Positions 1 to 12,453 of a stretch of DNA of 20,487 nt are shown here, piece by piece; the stretch's first letter is position 1; every line of letters begins with the position of its first letter. Location of the stretch: positions 1 to 20,487 of the forward strand of contig CAVNZM010000065.1 of the NCBI GenBank assembly GCA_963693365.1. The letters are read 5' to 3'. This stretch comes from Amoebidium appalachense. Taxonomy: Eukaryota; Protista; Ichthyosporea. The notes beneath the pieces were generated by a model that ran no database searches, had not been told where the DNA came from, and saw nothing but the letters and a program-made list of their open reading frames with translations. The translations under genes and the position numbers were made by a program.

Positions 1-476
1 CGAGAGATTTACCAAAACGTTTATGGGGGGGATGGGGAATGTGCCCCTGGAGTACGAGGGTCACACGAAAAAAACACAACGTTGTAGCTCGTATAGAACC
101 CCCCTTGTAGCATAGTATATGTACACACACACACACACACACACCCACACACACCCACACACCCACACACACGTTACCATGCGCACCTACCCCCCCCCCC
201 CCCCCCCCCCCTGATATCCACAAGATTGTCCTACGCATATTCATACGATATCTCTATGATATCACAAAAAGCCCCCAATTCCGAAATTCTCAACTACACT
301 GGATAGAGACTCCTTCCACTATCTGTTGTGACATCTATAGGTGCTCTTTCTGATATCATCCTGATATGGTCAAACGGGCTCGTCATAGCTTCACCGAGAT
401 CACCCCAAATGAATGACGAATACAAAAAAAGCCGCATACATACATTACATTCATACACTCGTACCGGCAAGTACTG

Positions 477-2846
477 CTACATGTCCACGAACCTGTTCAC
501 CAAGAACTGCTGCCGGCTCCCTGCTGCAGGTGGCAGGGGGATGCAGTGGAAAGTGCCCAGTATGGATTCCACATCAATAACATCGTATCTTTGTTTCCTC
601 CTGCTCCCCGTCCCTGTCAATTCGTACTGTAACTTCATACAGCCTGTGGGTGGATCTTCCCCCATTGCAATATAGTAGCGGACAAAGGCAAGGTTGTGCT
701 GAACGGGAGCGGATGACCCTTCGTGCAAGGTCAGGCACGAGAAAAGGAGCAGAGTTTCTGCGTAAAAATCCTCCCCATGCTCCCCCTGGATGACGATGTT
801 GTCGTACCGGTCGCGTCGCCCGTAAAACCCGTCACACGCCACCACCCGATGCCACACAGCCTCAGCGGGCAATCCCAGTCGGATATAGCAGCTGTTGTAC
901 AGCCATATGCAGCCGTGCACGGGCACCGGAAGAACACGGCGTGGTGTGATACGCGCCTGCTCGGAGGATATCCCAGCCAGGTGCAACTGCAGCTGTAGTG
1001 GCAGGTACTTTAGGGCGCTGCCTCTTTCAGTGTCCAGCAGGGTGCTGGGCACGAAGTTCCCTGGCTGGGCAAAGAAGGCATCCAGCTTGGCAAGGCCTAG
1101 GCCTTTCTTCCTCTGCATGCCTAGAATATAAAGGAATGCAACATCGTTACCAGTGGTGTGAATTTCCATGATTGGGGGGGGGGGGGGGGGGGGGGGGGTG
1201 GTTATCGGGTGGACGAAGGGGTTGGGGAGGAGGCAGGGGTGGGGAGGGGGTGGGGGTGGGGGGGGGGGGTTAAAAAAAAAAGCACACACAAACCCTTCAA
1301 CTTGAAAGTTTGGTCACTCCCTAAAATTACGGTTTGGACCCCCCCCCCCAGTGGGGGGGTTCCTTCATGCTTTACCACGTGCTTCCCTACACCCATGCCC
1401 TGCTTTTCCTGAAAAGAAACCCTGCTACTTGGCTTTTCCCTGGGATTTAGGGGAATTTGCATGCAGGCTCAATGGAAAGTTCGCTGATTATGATTTTTGG
1501 CCTGAAATTCAGGCCGTTCGGACCCCCCTGACCCGGCATGGTGCCATGCCGGCATGAAACTTTGCAGGCACGTTCTATGCTCCTCAAGGGTGTGTACACC
1601 AAAAAAACTGGGTGGAAAACCGTACGGTGGAAGGGATTTGGCACGTGTTGTGCCCCCATCTAATAGTAGCCCCCCCCCCCCCCCCCCCCCCGGCCTGGCC
1701 CCACCCACACCCCTAGGAACATCCATATATGGTATAAGGAATTGGGGGGGGGGTTCCTTCATACTTTACCACGTGCTTCCCTACACCCATGCCCTGCTTT
1801 TCCTGAAAAGAAACCCTGCTACTTGGCTTTTCCCTGGGATTTAGGGGAATTTGCATGCAGGCTCAATGCAAAGTTCGCTGATTATGATTTTTGGCCTGAA
1901 ATTCAGGCCGTTCGGACCCCCTGACCCGGCATGGTGCCATGCCGGCATGAAACTTTGCAGGCACGTTCTATGCTCCTTAAGGGTATGTACACCAAAAAAA
2001 AACTGGGTGACAAACCGTATTGTGGAAGCGATGTGGCACATGTTGTGCTCCCATCTAATAGTAGCCCCCCCCCCCCCCCCCCCCCCCGCCTGGCCCCCCC
2101 CCACACCCCTAGGAACATCCATATATGGTATAAGGAATTGGGGGGGGGGTTCCTTCATACTTTACCACGTGCTTCCCTACACCCATGCCCTGCTTTTCCT
2201 GAAAAGAAACCCTGCTACTTGGCTTTTCCCTGGGATTTAGGGGAATTTGCATGCAGGCTCAATGCAAAGTTCGCTGATTTAATGATTTTTGGCTTGAAAT
2301 TCAGGCCGTTCGGATCCCCCCTGCCCCGGCATGGTGTGATGCCGGCACGAAACTTTGCAGGCACGTTCTATGCTCCTCAAGGGTGTGTACACCAAAAAAA
2401 CTGGGTGGAAAACCGTACGGTGGAAGGGATTTGGCACGTGTTGTGCCCCCATCTAATAGTAGCCCCCCCCGCCTGGCCCCACCCACAACATCCAGATATG
2501 GTATAAGGAATTTGGGGGGGGGGGGGGGGGGGGGGGTTGTGCTGACTGTACCTGACATGAGCACTGTCTCATCGTCGTCTGCCCGCTCTAGATCAGCATC
2601 TTCAGCTACCTCTGGTAAGACCTCGTCTGGTCGGTCCTCCACCTCCGCCAATTCCTCGACTGTCAGGTCTGGGGGTACATCCTGAACGATTGGGTGAAAT
2701 CCCATGGCCATTTTCTTCTCCTCATCCAAACCCTGCAGCAAAGCCCTACGCAGGTCCATTGCATCCCACCGGCGAACCTTGGTGGCCACCTGCAAAAAAA
2801 ACAGACGGTGTGAGGCAAGGCAGGTTACGGTATTCCATCCCCCCCT

Positions 2847-2880
<34 letters not shown>

Positions 2881-4399
2881 CCCCCCCCCCCCTGTTGCAG
2901 GCCAAACCCTAACGCTAACCCTAACCCTAACCCTAACCCCCCCCCCCCGCCCTCCGCCCCTGATGAAAACTATGAGATATACCCTCAACCCCAACTGACC
3001 TGAATGATGAAGGTTGAGTTCTTGTTGGTCATGCGATAGGGGATTTTGCAGTAGTATTTGTGGGCCCGTTCCCAGCTCTCTGCCGTCTCCAATGGACCAA
3101 ACAGACGGAAATCGTCTGCATAATGGTCGCCGGCATGAAGCTTCGCTGTGGCGAGGTCGTTTTTGGAGGAGTCCTTGAAGCACTCGTACGCGTCCCGGGC
3201 AAACCTGGAAAAGTGTAGTGAGCACTTTCACATGTTTTAGGTTTTCAGGCACGTCATACACAATCAACGAGAAACTAAAGATATCTGGAGGATATGAAAA
3301 CGATATGCACAACATATCAGAATGGTGTTTTAATATGCCATTAATGATGGGCATGTTCATGGCCATATATCACCAGGATGTAACATATCAACGATACGGA
3401 AAAACCAATCCATCACATACCCTCTGGATATCAAATGGACACACTATGCCTGAGGAAGACCAACCTTCGGTATTGTTGTGTCATTTTCTCCAGTGCATCT
3501 TCCGTGAACGTCTCCTTCGTTACACTCATGTACCATTCATTCCATCCCACAAACACCCTCTCAGCCTTGGCATTGGCTGCTGCATCTGGGAGTAGGCCAC
3601 GGACGACGAATGGCATGACCTGCACATGTGTTCACAACAATGTATTAGGCCCTTTCTATACAATATCCTTTGATACTGCATGTGCATACTGTGTGTGTGT
3701 GTGTGGGAGTGTGTCACGTTAATTGTGAGAACGGCACTGTTTTGGTGTGTGTTTGTTGTGTGTGTGTGAGGAATGGAAGGGGGCCCGGGCGGGTGGGGGG
3801 GGGGGGGGGGGGGGGTCTACATTTACCTTCATTAGGTCTCTGTACTCGTTAGCACGGAGGAATGTGAGATCAGACACAGTGCCGGTGAAGTGTCTGAGCC
3901 CGTGGAATCTGGGCATGTCATTGAACCTGGCATCGAACTCCCGAATGGTTTCCTTTGCATATTGGTCAGCAGTGGCTCCCGGCCCTCCGTAAACCTCCTC
4001 GCAGACGTGTTTAACGTAATGTTTGTATTCGATCATCATTTGCTTAAATACACCACTGTCAGCTTGGTGCATGCGCTCAATGGGGACGCCCCACAACCAC
4101 CGGAAGCCTGGTAACTTTGGGCCAGCATTGATTGTGAAATTTTGGTCCTGCAGTGACGCCATTTTCAGCAACTCGGTTGCTACAGCCGACGGCCCGTTGG
4201 CGCGTAGTTCGGCTACCTCGACGTATATCCCCTCAATTTGCTCCTCGCTCTTCAAAGGTTGCGGTTTCCAAACCTCACACAGGCCGTTGCATGACTGCCA
4301 GCATTTATGACATGGGCTGGCAGTTGCGACACCACCTCTGCATCGTTATTGTGGTGGGGAAACATTCAATTAGAAGGAGTGTGTTGTTGGTGGGTCCTC

Positions 4400-4434
<35 letters not shown>

Positions 4435-6613
4435 ACAACGTGCACACCCACACACACACACACCCTATCATCAGTGCTTACCTGGTACATGTCACCTTGC
4501 GCCCCTCCGGCCAGTCTGTCACGTAGTATGATACACGTGGGTACATAAGACGCCACTTTCCATCGCTTCCACAATAAAACCATCGCCCCGTCGCGTTCAT
4601 TTCACGCAGCGGCTCGCCAATAACACGATCCAGCACCGCGTGAAACAACTGCAGTCGCGCCTTAGACTTAACAGCCTCCGATATCTTTGACCCAGCAGAG
4701 AACTCCAGCTCAGGGATGTATGCAACCGGAAGCCTGCAAATCACTGGTTACCACACTGTATACTTGCACGCCCTACTACTAGCCTACGGTACTCTACATA
4801 CTAAAATAGTGCCGCCATCTTTCAACCCTATCTAAATGATGGGTATAAGTTCCCATAAGGAGCCCATAAACACCAGAAAAGGATATAATCATGATAACAT
4901 TTAGATACTTCGGCTAAGTTCAACAGCAACTAGTAGCACTGACCTGCACCAGTCGCCCGACCTGAACTCCTTCTTGATGTTGCCCGCGGAAATATAGACA
5001 GGATATGCCTTCTTCCCGGCAAATGATGTTAACTGCGTCTGGTCAGAGTACACAATAACCGACCATAGAGTACCCCCCACTGGTATCGTCAGCTCCTCCC
5101 TTACTGCCCAGTCGCCATCCATATTGTCTGTGTACAACCTACGGCCGAGACCATCAACTGGGAACTCTGTTTTATAGGTGATGGAACCCTCGTGCCGAAG
5201 CGTGGGGTGTAGTAGCACGCGCTGAATGCAGTCACCAACATCCCTGTACATGACGTCCACCTTCTTGATGCCAGCGCGGTGCACATCCACCTCCATGCGG
5301 GAGAAGGCCTGTGGGAATGTCATGATATTCAATTCAAGGTGCATTGTATGTGTTGGGAGTGTGGAGTGTGCCGCTCGGTTTCAGCCAGCAATGGATGCAC
5401 TGTGTTGTGTGCAGGGGGCGTAATAGCATGTCCGTTCAAGCGAAACCACGGCCGAGATCTAAGTATGCATGCAAGTCCATCTCTAATTAGCCAATCGTAT
5501 ACCTTGTCGTCGATCGGATCTAACATTGAAATGTAGATAAACCAATGGCGCATACTCCCCGGGCTCACGATCTAAATCCAGATCTGTGTCTTCCAATCTT
5601 CATGTACACTCACCAGACTTGGGATGCTGTCCATCTTGTCGTGCAGGTGTTTTATCTTCTTGGGGAACGTGTCCTGGCCATCTTCACCCTGTGCATGCTC
5701 CCTCATTATCCCCAAAAGGCGGTCTGCTGCAGCCATGGACGTCTTGGTCTCGTGGAAGTATTCCGCTATGTCTGCCTGCGCCCGGCCCGGTGAAGTCGTC
5801 TTAGTTAGATTATCTATAATATACGCGTCATATAAAATACCTATCCCAAAGATGTCCAAAACATACCTAAAAGTGAACCCAAGAGCCCGCACAGTGTCAC
5901 CCAACAGTTGAGCCGCGTCATGTATTGTAGGTTATAGCAGTTTTAGCGGCTACCCTGCCGTGGTGCATCCCTACCTCTGCTTTGTTGTCAAACGGGTAGT
6001 GGGGGTCCGCACGTAAACGGTCAATGAAGTCACTGACGTCTTGGATGTATGCCTTCTGTCCCTCCTTCAGGTTGGCATTCACTGTCCCAATAAATGAATC
6101 ATGGCCGTCTAGCACTTGCAGCTGCTCCTGTTGCTTTTTCAATAACAAAGCTTTCAAAGCACGATACTCATCCCCGTCCCTAAGGAATTTAAGATGGTGT
6201 GTGTGTCCAGGCGGCACTGGCATGCCTTCCCCATCGTCCTCAGCCACGTCCTCCCACTCCGCCTGCTGTGCGTCGACGTCAGCATCCCCCGCATCCTCCT
6301 CAGCTGCAGGCTGTGGGTTATCCGAGTCCGGATCCGCGTCGTCTTCATCCATACTAACATCATCATCATGACCACTCTGCTCTGGCTGCATATACTTGCG
6401 TGCTCTGTGGCGTGTGAGGATGCGGTCATTGTTACGTTCACGCTCGATGTCTTCTAACGACGTGTTGTGTACATGTATGCGGTGGCTTACCATACCCGCC
6501 CTGTTGACAAAGAGCTCATTGCATGCATATGAAGGGCACGGTATCAGTCTACTTAGTGTTGTTCTTTGAAAACTTTTCCTGTTACGAGTCATTTTTGGTA
6601 GGTCGCAGCGCAT
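477..6613 (-). CDS. Plavaka-type (CACTA/EnSpm-related) DDE transposase, 9 exons, ~1056 aa, with N-terminal C2H2 zinc finger
   Basis: Manual splice model: complement(join(477..1120,2552..2789,3000..3204,3465..3619,3827..4337,4482..4733,4944..5308,5614..5775,5975..6613)). All 8 introns are GT-AG with consistent phases (0,0,2,2,0,2,0,1), giving 3171 nt with no stop. Motifs: CPSYACNELF..MVSHRIHVH (C2H2), VIVYSDQTQLTSFAGKKAYPVYISAGNI, CGSDGKWRLMYPRVSYYVTDWPE, CHKC, MHQADSGVFK, FDARFNDMPRFHGLRHF, KLHAGDHYADDFRLFG..ESWERAHKYYCKIPYRMTNK, C-terminal RYDNIVI..LAFVRYY..DVIDVESI..FHCIP..FLVNRFVD. These match my recollection of the Plavaka family consensus. Confidence 0.9.
1360..2513. repeat. Three tandem ~395 bp near-identical units inside transposase intron 8
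   Basis: Units start with TTCCTTCAT at 1360, 1754 and 2150 (periods 394 and 396), end with GGTATAAGGAATT, and are separated by poly-G. Internal palindromes include GGCCTGAA-A-TTCAGGCC and CCGGCATGG-TG-CCATGCCGG. Confidence 0.95.
2907..2936 (+). repeat. Interstitial telomere-like (CCCTAA)5 with one variant unit, in transposase intron 7
   Basis: ccctaa cgctaa ccctaa ccctaa ccctaa read directly. Confidence 0.8.
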
Positions 6614-7806
6614 GCGCGCAATGCTACTAGCTAAACCAGTACAGGCGTACTACTCAGCTACTACTACTGATGTAGGTAGTAGCTACGCGTACCGTCACAG
6701 CGGTGACGGTCCACATCATGATATCAAAAAGATATCTTGGTCTTGCCGATAAAGATGCATCTGGTTGCCATCAATTTCGGTAATGCTGATAGGAGATATT
6801 CTGATTAGTTTCATATCACGTATATTTAGCCATCGGAGGCCGTGGTGGGTCGCAACAACGTGTAACCTCAAAGGAAGCAGAAATAATACATGAGTCGAAT
6901 ATCCAGCTTGGTCTATATTTCTTGGAGATCTTACAAAAAAAATTATCACGTGAATTTTGTTAGCTGATTATAGCTTTTGTATGAACTATAGTTCACTCCA
7001 TGTTTAACCCAGACACCATTCAGGGATCGGTGCCTCCATTCTGATTGGCAGTCACGTCATTTAGTCGAATCCAGGGGGCGAAGAAAAAAAGGACAAGTAC
7101 TTGGATATTATTAGGATACATATGCTCGTTCCCTGCGTTTATGTGCATCCCAATGATATTGAAAATAACGCATATATTTCTAAAAGACAATTTAAAAGTT
7201 TGCCGCTTAATATATTACAACCGCCTTTGAGGGCATTTCGAAACAGTCAATCCTCTTCCGCGTCAGCGAGTCAGTAGTTTTGCACTGCTCCGTCACCGTG
7301 CTTTTCGCATTGTGTGATTGGTCTCAAGGTTTCCTCACCCCATCTCCAAAAACCACCGGTTTGCGGGCGCGCAGAGTCCTATGCACGTGGGTTTGTTTTA
7401 TTCATCAAAAATCTATAGTCGTGAGACATTCTTTAACAGGCTAAGATAAATATATTTTTATTATTTATTGAACCAAGTTCAAAGTCTTTAGTAAGAGTTT
7501 ATTTTCTGGCGATGGTCTCCTTTTCCATATTTCCTTTTTTGTTTTTTACAAAGCTGGTAAAACGGTACCATCATTTCTTTACATGAAATCGGTTACGCAT
7601 ATCCAGAAATGCCCACTCTAAGAGTATTGGGAGAAGATCCGCTTTCTGATCATAGGATTGACCAATGAAAATGTTTTTAGCGACATTGGAATGCAAATCT
7701 GTCCCACCATTTTTTCGCCATCAAAGACCCGCTAGAGATGGCCTCCAGTAGCTCCAAATGACCCCATTCGGATATACAAAGTAGACACGCTGTGTAACGT
7801 TCAGCA

Positions 7807-10658
7807 ATGTCAAAGAGGCAGAAAGCCGCGGTGGCTAACACTAAGAAAGCCACAGAAACACCGGGCCGGCGCGGACTCCCACCCCCTGTGGCGGGGGGTG
7901 AGGAAGAGGGGGTTCATGACCTCTCCGCGCTTACGTCCAGGAACAAAAAGGGTTCCGGCAAGGCTCCTGCCGCGACCGCCTCTCAGGCATCCCTCTCTGC
8001 TGGCGTGCTGCTCACACGCATCACCAAGGAAAACGCCCCTCTTGCCCTCGGCATCCTCAACGGCGGCAAGAAAAAGATTCAAGGTGTGTGGCGGTGGTCT
8101 ATGCATGCACGCTCTGGTTTTCCGTGTTCCACCTTTTATCTCTCTGTACCTTTTTGCACATAGTCACTTTCTCTCTGCTGTTCTGGGTGTCACATCGCTA
8201 AAGACAATCGTTAGGTGTAGGCCGAGCTCTCTCATGGATGAACGCAGGGCTGTGCAAGCACTTAGTGCTTTGCACGACGCGGAGGCCCATGGTGAAGGGT
8301 GTTGTTTAATAAGTGGTTTCGCCTCCCCAATTCCTTTCACCGAGGCAATTGATTTGTTTTCTGCGACTGCAATCAAGAAACAGGCAACCAGGCAAACAGT
8401 TACAAGTGTGTCAGAGCAATGGTGTGAGATCACTAGGAAACCAGCTCGCGTGAACCTTTCAGAGTGCGATGCAGTGCCGGTTGATAGCGAGGGTCTGTCA
8501 GACATGAGCAGCGATGTTGTGGCACGCTTTTACGAGGAAAACCTTTTTGGAAAGGGAGGGGTGTATGCCGCTGACGTGGAGGTGGACGCTCGAAACATAA
8601 CCGACAACCGTTTTTTTGACGTCTCCTCCATTGCTGATTTCACTCCACTTGGATGGAAACACTATGGGGAGACGATGCCGGGTCTAAACGTGGCCATGTT
8701 GTATGCGCAGTTAACGGTTTTGGGCCTGACCTTTTTTGGGGCACACATTGAAGATGCTGCACTTGCATCCGCCAGCCTGCTCTTGTGGGGGCTGAAGATT
8801 TGGTTTATTCATCCTCCAGCACAGTACAAGCAACTTCTCGCGCTTGCAAAGAAGGGAATACCTGGATCGTGTGCCAATCCTTTACAACACAAGAACTATC
8901 TTCCTCGCTCCCCCCTCTTTCTGGCATCCATAGGGTTGGCCCCAGTTGTTGTTGTTCAACGTGCTGGTGATTTGGTTCAGACCACGCCAGGTGCTCTCCA
9001 TTATGGTTTTCAGTTGGGTCCCAACGTTGCGCTAGCGGTGAACACGGCCACGTTTCGATGGATTGACCAGCTTGCTTCATATCCTGCGTGTGACTGTCGC
9101 GCTCATTTTATTCCCAACGTGGATAAGATGGTGGCTGCCTTTCAATCTGTTGGTCGGCTTAGAACCCCAATTGCTTCCGGTTCATCCTCCCTCCCCCCCC
9201 CCCCCCCCCCCCCCCAAACACACACACACACACACACACAACTCATTGCCATGCAGTTTTTTTTGGCAGTTATGTTGACGGCACAACACGCCTTTGCACG
9301 TTTAGTTGCCTGTTTTATGGGTTAATGATATAATGTTGATATCTTTATTATATGTCTATTATGCAAAGAAGGTATGGTACTTTACATATGAACTTTTTTG
9401 GCCCCTGGTCTAACTCAAATATCATTTCCCCCCCCCCCCTGCAGTGGTTTCTGAAACGTGTGAGCCTGAGGATAGCGAGAGCGGCGAAGACGCAAATGAT
9501 TCGAGGGACGTTGCCGATGCCAGACCACCCAGGGGCGACGGCATGGCTATCATGCCCACTGACCCGCTCGAGGTTTCCTACCTGGTCCTCATCCTCAAAA
9601 CTCGGTACCCCAGGGCAACCCACCGGTCCCATCTCGCGATGTTGTCGCAGGTTAGCCGCCGGGAAATGCGCGCGGCCCTGACCGCTGAACATGGTATGCC
9701 CCCGTTTCCCATGACCGACAAGGACCGCGCTGAGGAGGCGGCAAGATCAAATCCCTCCCCGAAGAAGAACGGCGTCACCATGCTGACCCCCAAGGAGGGA
9801 TATGATCATATCGTAGGTGCACCCATCACACCACTTTAGAAGTGAAACATTTTTGCCCTCCTCCGTCTTTCCAAAACAAAAATCCAAAGCTCTGCTTTGC
9901 TGCTTTGCCGTGTTAGTTAACATCTCCTTGATTGATCAACGTGGCTGATCCGTCGTGTGGCTTCATGCATTCCCGTGTTCTGGATGTGTGTTTTGGTTTT
10001 GTCATCCGTCGAAATTTAAGAAGTCCACCCCAAATACTCCCCCTGCCCCTCAGTCTTCATTACATGCACATTCTTCTTGTGGTGCTTTGGTTTTGTGATT
10101 TTTCGTCGATGAAACATATGAAGCATCCCATCCTATCCAAAGGATGTCTTGCCGACATCTAGTTAACTTGAACATATTATTTATATGATATGTACATGTT
10201 CCACGTGAATGATATCTGTTAGACACTTGTTTCACTGTTCAATGTCAGAGATATATTCAGATGCAGACTTTGAACAAGTATTGCCCCTAACACGTGTTTT
10301 TTTCCTGACAGTCGGCCGTGGTCAAATCCACTTCCAAGACTGGCATTCTCTATCAGCGGTTGCTGCTGGAGTCCCCCTTCATCAACACGGCCAACGACGG
10401 GGATTTGGCCTTTGCTGTCCTCGAGGTCTACAAGATGCTCGACCGCAAGAACTACAACCGCATCTGCCAGGATGCCAAGGATGATTGGTGTCTGGCGCTG
10501 AACAACGCTCAGCGCAAGACTGACGAGAAGGCCCAGGTCACTGCCATCCGCACAGGCCTCACCACAGTCAAATCCATTCTGGTCAGCAGTATTCGCAGCT
10601 TTTTGAAGACCGGCTACATTGTGCCCGGCACCAATCAAGATGCAAGTGCTCCCCTCCC

Positions 10659-10689
<31 letters not shown>

Positions 10690-10823
10690 AAAAAATAATA
10701 AAAAATAAAAAGTAAAAGAACACAGACATTGGGCCCAACTAGCAATTCTTGCCTGAATTAATTGTTTAGAAAATATGCATGCACTAGAGTATTGTCACGG
10801 CTTCCCTACATATCCCCCCCCCC

Positions 10824-10854
<31 letters not shown>

Positions 10855-12183
10855 ACACACCAACCCCCTCCAAACAAGCGTCTGTGAAGGTGTGTCATTT
10901 AGACTCTTGTATATCATTGGGTTGCCCGCACATATACTTTGGTTTGATTTGGATTCTCCATGGCATCTACTCCCTCCTCTCCCCCTGTCGGAAATAACTC
11001 CTTGGACCCCCCCCCCCCCCCCCCCAAAAAAAAAAAAAAAAAAAAAAAACCAAACCAAGCCAAACCAAACTACACACCCACACCCAACCCCACCCTCCAT
11101 TCACATAGCAAATACCTGAGTTTCCCTGTTCCGATGCCTGCTAACTTTATCTTGTATTTATTTCCTACAGCTGTTTCATTGGGCGCCCGCCGGCGAGGTG
11201 CGTGTCGAGAAGTGGCCCTCACTTCTGAAGGAGGTCATGGTGGAGGGCAAGCCATGTGGCCAGAGGTTCAGCGCCGACCCGGAGAGCCTCAACCCCTACG
11301 GCGCTCAATCCTTCACCCGCTTGTTCAGCACCATATCCATGAAGGCGATCAAGGACGTCTGCGGGAAGATGACGGCGTTGGTATAACCTTCCCCCCCCCC
11401 CCCCCCCCCCCCCCTCTTCCCCCCCGCCCCGCCCCCGCGCCCAACCCCAAACTTTGCTATCTGTGCCCTTTGATAAGAAGACGTCAGAGATGAACATATC
11501 ATGATATGGCACCCAATTAGACCATTTTAATGTCTCTTTGTTGAAACGGTTATAGCAATAACGTCCTTGTAATGTTCCAATCCCATATAATGAGGTCATA
11601 GACCTCTTTGATTGGAATATTTCATGTTGTGGACCATTTTAATATGTTATTGTGGAAACGGATATAGGAATAGCGACTTTGTGATATACAAACGATATAA
11701 TATGGATATCCTCTTAATTATCGTGGTATAATATGGATATCCTCTTAAATATATGATATTTTAGAGAATATCCATATTATATCGTTTGTATATCACAAAG
11801 ACATTATTCCTATATCCGGTTATTAATAGAGGGAATTTCTGCATTTTGATTCAGCCTAATCTTACTTGTTGTTCGGCAGGAGATTGCAAAGCAGAAGCCG
11901 GAGTTTTTCTCCTTGGTCGTCAACATCATCGAGGAGTCGCTGAAGTGCACCAGCATGCATCAATCTGACAATGCCAAGTGGTCCAACTTTTCTTACCGTG
12001 CCAAGGAGCCAACATACGACGGTGGAGCAAGTCCCGACAATATCAAGCTGGTGTGTTGCAGCTTTTATCCCACTACTTCCCATCCCCCCCCCTCTCCCCA
12101 CCATAGCAACACGTCATCTCATCTATTATACCTATTTTTCAAAGATGATTGTTGTAGATAAGCAGGAGATCCCCGGTCCCCCC

Positions 12184-12214
<31 letters not shown>

Positions 12215-12418
12215 CCTTCCCCCTCTACACAAAGCAGACATGTGACGTGCTATTGGTGTAGACAAGAACCCCCCCCCCCCCCCCCCCCCTCAAACACACA
12301 CACAAAGGTTGCATCCCTCTGGTTTGCATTTTTTGCATCCATGGTCTTGTGATGGTACGTCATGCTGTGATCTCTGAATTCACTTTATGTTTATGTGTTG
12401 TGGTTAAATTGTCGTTGA

Positions 12419-12453
<35 letters not shown>

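Noticed and set aside
1-330. CACTA-type terminal inverted repeat (CACTA at ~317) pairing with 13100-14530
   Set aside because: No matching inverted sequence or TSD found by eye; the true end may lie outside the window.
1158-2506. Multiple overlapping ORFs with repeated peptides
   Set aside because: They arise from the tandem repeat and G/C runs inside transposase intron 8; frames differ between copies.
2746-3366. 206 aa minus-strand ORF in the track
   Set aside because: Wrong frame; the real exon 7 (3204..3000) is read in another frame that gives the KLH..HY..FG..ERAH transposase motif.
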